The position numbers and the translations under genes are program-made. Positions 62,359-64,000 of a DNA stretch of 64,000 bases are shown in pieces. Origin of the DNA: an uncultured Chloroflexia bacterium. Its GTDB lineage: Bacteria; Chloroflexota; Limnocylindria; Limnocylindrales; CSP1-4. Positions within the stretch are counted from its first letter, which is position 1. The number at the start of each line of letters is the position of its first letter. The stretch is taken from contig CAVQYA010000002.1 of the NCBI GenBank assembly GCA_963718085.1, forward strand, positions 736,127 through 800,126. Reading direction: 5' to 3'. Under the pieces are notes generated by a model that saw nothing but the letters and a program-made list of their open reading frames with translations, had not been told where the DNA came from and did not search any database.

Positions 62359-62700
62359 ATGCCCCTCGACGTCGCTCCGCCGCCTGCTCCTGCCGCTCCG
62401 CGAACCGGTCGTCACGTCGCGCTACCCGGACGCGCCGCCCCTGCTCGCAGCCGGCGGTGCGCGGCCTTCCGGAGGTCGATCCCGGGCCGGTGCGAGCGGA
62501 CGGCCGCCTGCGTCGCCGCCTGCCCGACCGGTGCGATCACGCTGGCGGCAGACCGGCTGGTCGATCGACGCGGGAAGCTGCGTCTTCTGCGGCGCCTGCG
62601 CGCTGGCCTGTCCGAGCGGCGGCGATCCGGCTCGGGCTCGCGCGTCGAGCTGGCCGGCGCGCGATCGCTGACGACCTGGTCGCTCCGCACCGGCCGTCGA
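62359..62700 (+). pseudogene. hyfH: HycF/HyfH-like 2x[4Fe-4S] ferredoxin subunit, frameshifted.
   Basis: Two cluster motifs lie in different frames: CERTAACVAACPTGAITL and GSCVFCGACALACPSG. The 3-prime boundary is approximate. Confidence 0.55.
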
Positions 62701-63245
62701 GCGCGGCCGGACGATGAGCCTGGACCGGGTCGCGCGGCTCGAGCCGGCGCGCCGGCTCGAGCGACGACCGCCGCCGCGCGTGCTCGGGATCGCTCGGCGC
62801 GGCAGCTCGGGCGATCGCTCCACGTCCGCCACCTCGACACGGGCTCCTGCAACGGCTGCGACTGGGAGATCGCGGCGCTGCTCAACTCCGTACCACGACG
62901 TCCAGCGCCTGGGGATCGACTTCGTCGCCTCGCCGCGCCACGCCGACCTGCTCCTGGTGACCGGGATCATGACCCGCAACCTGGAGGAGGCCGCTCGACG
63001 GACCTACGAGGCGATGCCGGAGCCCCGGCTGGTGGTGGCCGTCGGCGCCTGCGCGATCAGCGGCGGTGTGTTCGCCGGATCCGTACGCGGGGCGGGACGG
63101 CGTCGGCGACGTCCTTCCCGTGGACGTCTTCGTGCCCGGCTGTCCGCCGCGGCCCGAGGCGATCATCGAGGGGATGCTCCTGGCGGTCGACCAGCGCGGG
63201 CAGAGCCGTCCGCGGACCCGGCAGGGTGAGAACGCCGCGCGCTGA
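62700..63245 (+). pseudogene. hyfI: HycG/HyfI-like (NuoB-like) hydrogenase small subunit, frameshifted.
   Basis: Blocks [79 protein letters not shown] and [20 protein letters not shown] lie in three successive frames. Ends at TGA 63243-63245. The 5-prime boundary is approximate. Confidence 0.6.
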
Positions 63246-63305
63246 ACGATGGCACGAATCGAAGCTCGATCGGCGGGCTGATGGGCGGCGGGAGCGCGTT
63301 CGAGG

Positions 63306-63413
63306 TGCGCAGGCGGCCCGCGGCCCGGTCAGCGCCGGCGGCGGCGCGCCACGGGGGAGTGCGCAGGCGGCCCGCGGCCCGGTCAGCGCCGGCGACGGCG
63401 CGCCACGGGGGAG
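63306..63413. repeat. Tandem repeat of 54 bp, 2 copies, just downstream of the hydrogenase operon.
   Basis: gtgcgcaggcggcccgcggcccggtcagcgccggcgRcggcgcgccacgggggag at 63306 and 63360. Confidence 0.7.
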
Positions 63414-63782
63414 AAGTACGGCTGCACGAGCCTGGCCTGCCCGGACGGCGCGGCCGTCGGGTCCGCCAGGGCCTTCTTCGCCGCTGCGTCCTGCCGCGCG
63501 ACGAGGCGCAGGGCGGCCAGCGCCCATTCGATGTCACCCAGGACCGGGGCGGGCAGCCCGACGGCGGGCGGATCGCAGAACCTTCGCCGCGGCTTCCCGC
63601 TCGCCCTGCTGCCCGACGCACAGGATGACCCGGACGGCAAACGCGGCGAGCACGTCGTTCGCCAGCCACGGTTCCACGCCGTCGATCGCCCGCTTGCCGA
63701 AGGGGGCGATCTGGTCCCGGAACTGGATCCGGCGAGCGGGCGACGCCCCTTGTGCTTCCTCAAGGAGACCGGCGAGCTGCAT
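63383..63782 (-). pseudogene. Possible hydrogenase maturation endopeptidase (HycI/HyaD-like), frameshifted. The assignment is weak.
   Basis: Minus-strand segments VRVILCVGQQGE...AAAKVLR and LPAPVLGDIEWALAALRLVARQDAAAKKALADP lie in two frames. Resemblance to the LVLGVGN...ILDGG pattern is loose. Confidence 0.2.
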
Positions 63783-63940
63783 GGAACCCTCCCAGGTCGA
63801 TCGGCGGGCGCGGCGAGCGCCTTCGACGCTCCCGAGCCTGGCTGCGGCTGGAAGTCGATCATACCGAAATACGCTATTTCTTGCAACATTCAGTAGTTGC
63901 GCTGGTTCGCCGGGCCCGGTACTGTTCCCGCATGTCTCGC

Positions 63941-64000
63941 AACCAGCGTCCTGACGACCCCGAGGGCCTCCGCCAGTTCAAGGCCGAGTTCTTCAAGGCG
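63941..64000 (+). CDS. Partial CDS at the window edge, possibly an ArsR-family regulator.
   Basis: Starts MSRNQRPDDPEGLRQFKAEFFKA..., and the FKA..F start is reminiscent of ArsR/SmtB N-termini. Only 20 codons are visible. Confidence 0.25.

Noticed and set aside
55505-63245. Programmed ribosomal frameshifting or an alternative genetic code as the explanation for the hydrogenase frame changes.
   Set aside because: The shifts are far too numerous (dozens), occur in both +1 and -1 directions, and lack slippery heptamers. A recoding explanation is implausible.

Overview
This 64-kb window is from a very high-GC genome, roughly 70-75% G+C by eye. It is probably an actinobacterium: two F420/deazaflavin-dependent Ddn-like genes, a GpgS glucosylglycerate gene, VKOR and PrsW families are present. 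The window is densely coding on both strands. Many neighbouring genes are joined by ATGA/GTGA stop-start overlaps.

Main blocks:
- (1) 1-8.1 kb: a G-rich repeat array, then housekeeping and repair genes. These are a family-4 UDG, a MOSC protein, VKOR, an HNH endonuclease, a CCA-adding enzyme with a repeat-derived acidic tail, a small TPR protein and galE. Tandem duplications of gene 3-prime ends punctuate this block.
- (2) 8.8-18.7 kb: an MFS transporter, then a co-directional, translationally coupled gene string. It runs from a lysine-less DNA-ligase-like gene through a GT-A paralogue, a tandem-UspA-GpgS fusion, glycerate kinase, a frameshifted nth and an OmpR/HK pair.
- (3) 19-30 kb: an SRPBCC protein, an ABC-2 exporter, a PrsW-SH3b gene and a class-V aminotransferase (both broken by frameshifts), and membrane proteins.
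- (4) 30.4-44.6 kb: vapBC, tRNA-Thr(CGT) and an accessory-looking block. It holds two AAA ATPase (DUF234, AAA_14/DUF4143) genes, a MalT-like STAND/LuxR regulator, a DUF385-DUF4260 fusion, a truncated PIN, a TetR plus GT1 pair and a 7TM sensor kinase with a NarL regulator.
- (5) 44.7-55.3 kb: a large secreted Ig-like repeat protein, a CaCA antiporter, DUF1801, Ddn, OsmC, lipoproteins and secreted proteins.
- (6) 55.5-63.2 kb: a complete-in-order group-4 [NiFe]-hydrogenase operon (HyfB/C/E/F-like membrane subunits, the HycE-like large subunit, HycF, HycG). Every gene is fragmented by many frameshifts.

No CRISPR array, integrase or transposase was recognised. The most striking features are the shattered hydrogenase operon, the Usp-GpgS compatible-solute cluster, the clustering of frameshifted genes, and the abundance of tandem repeats, including duplicated gene ends.
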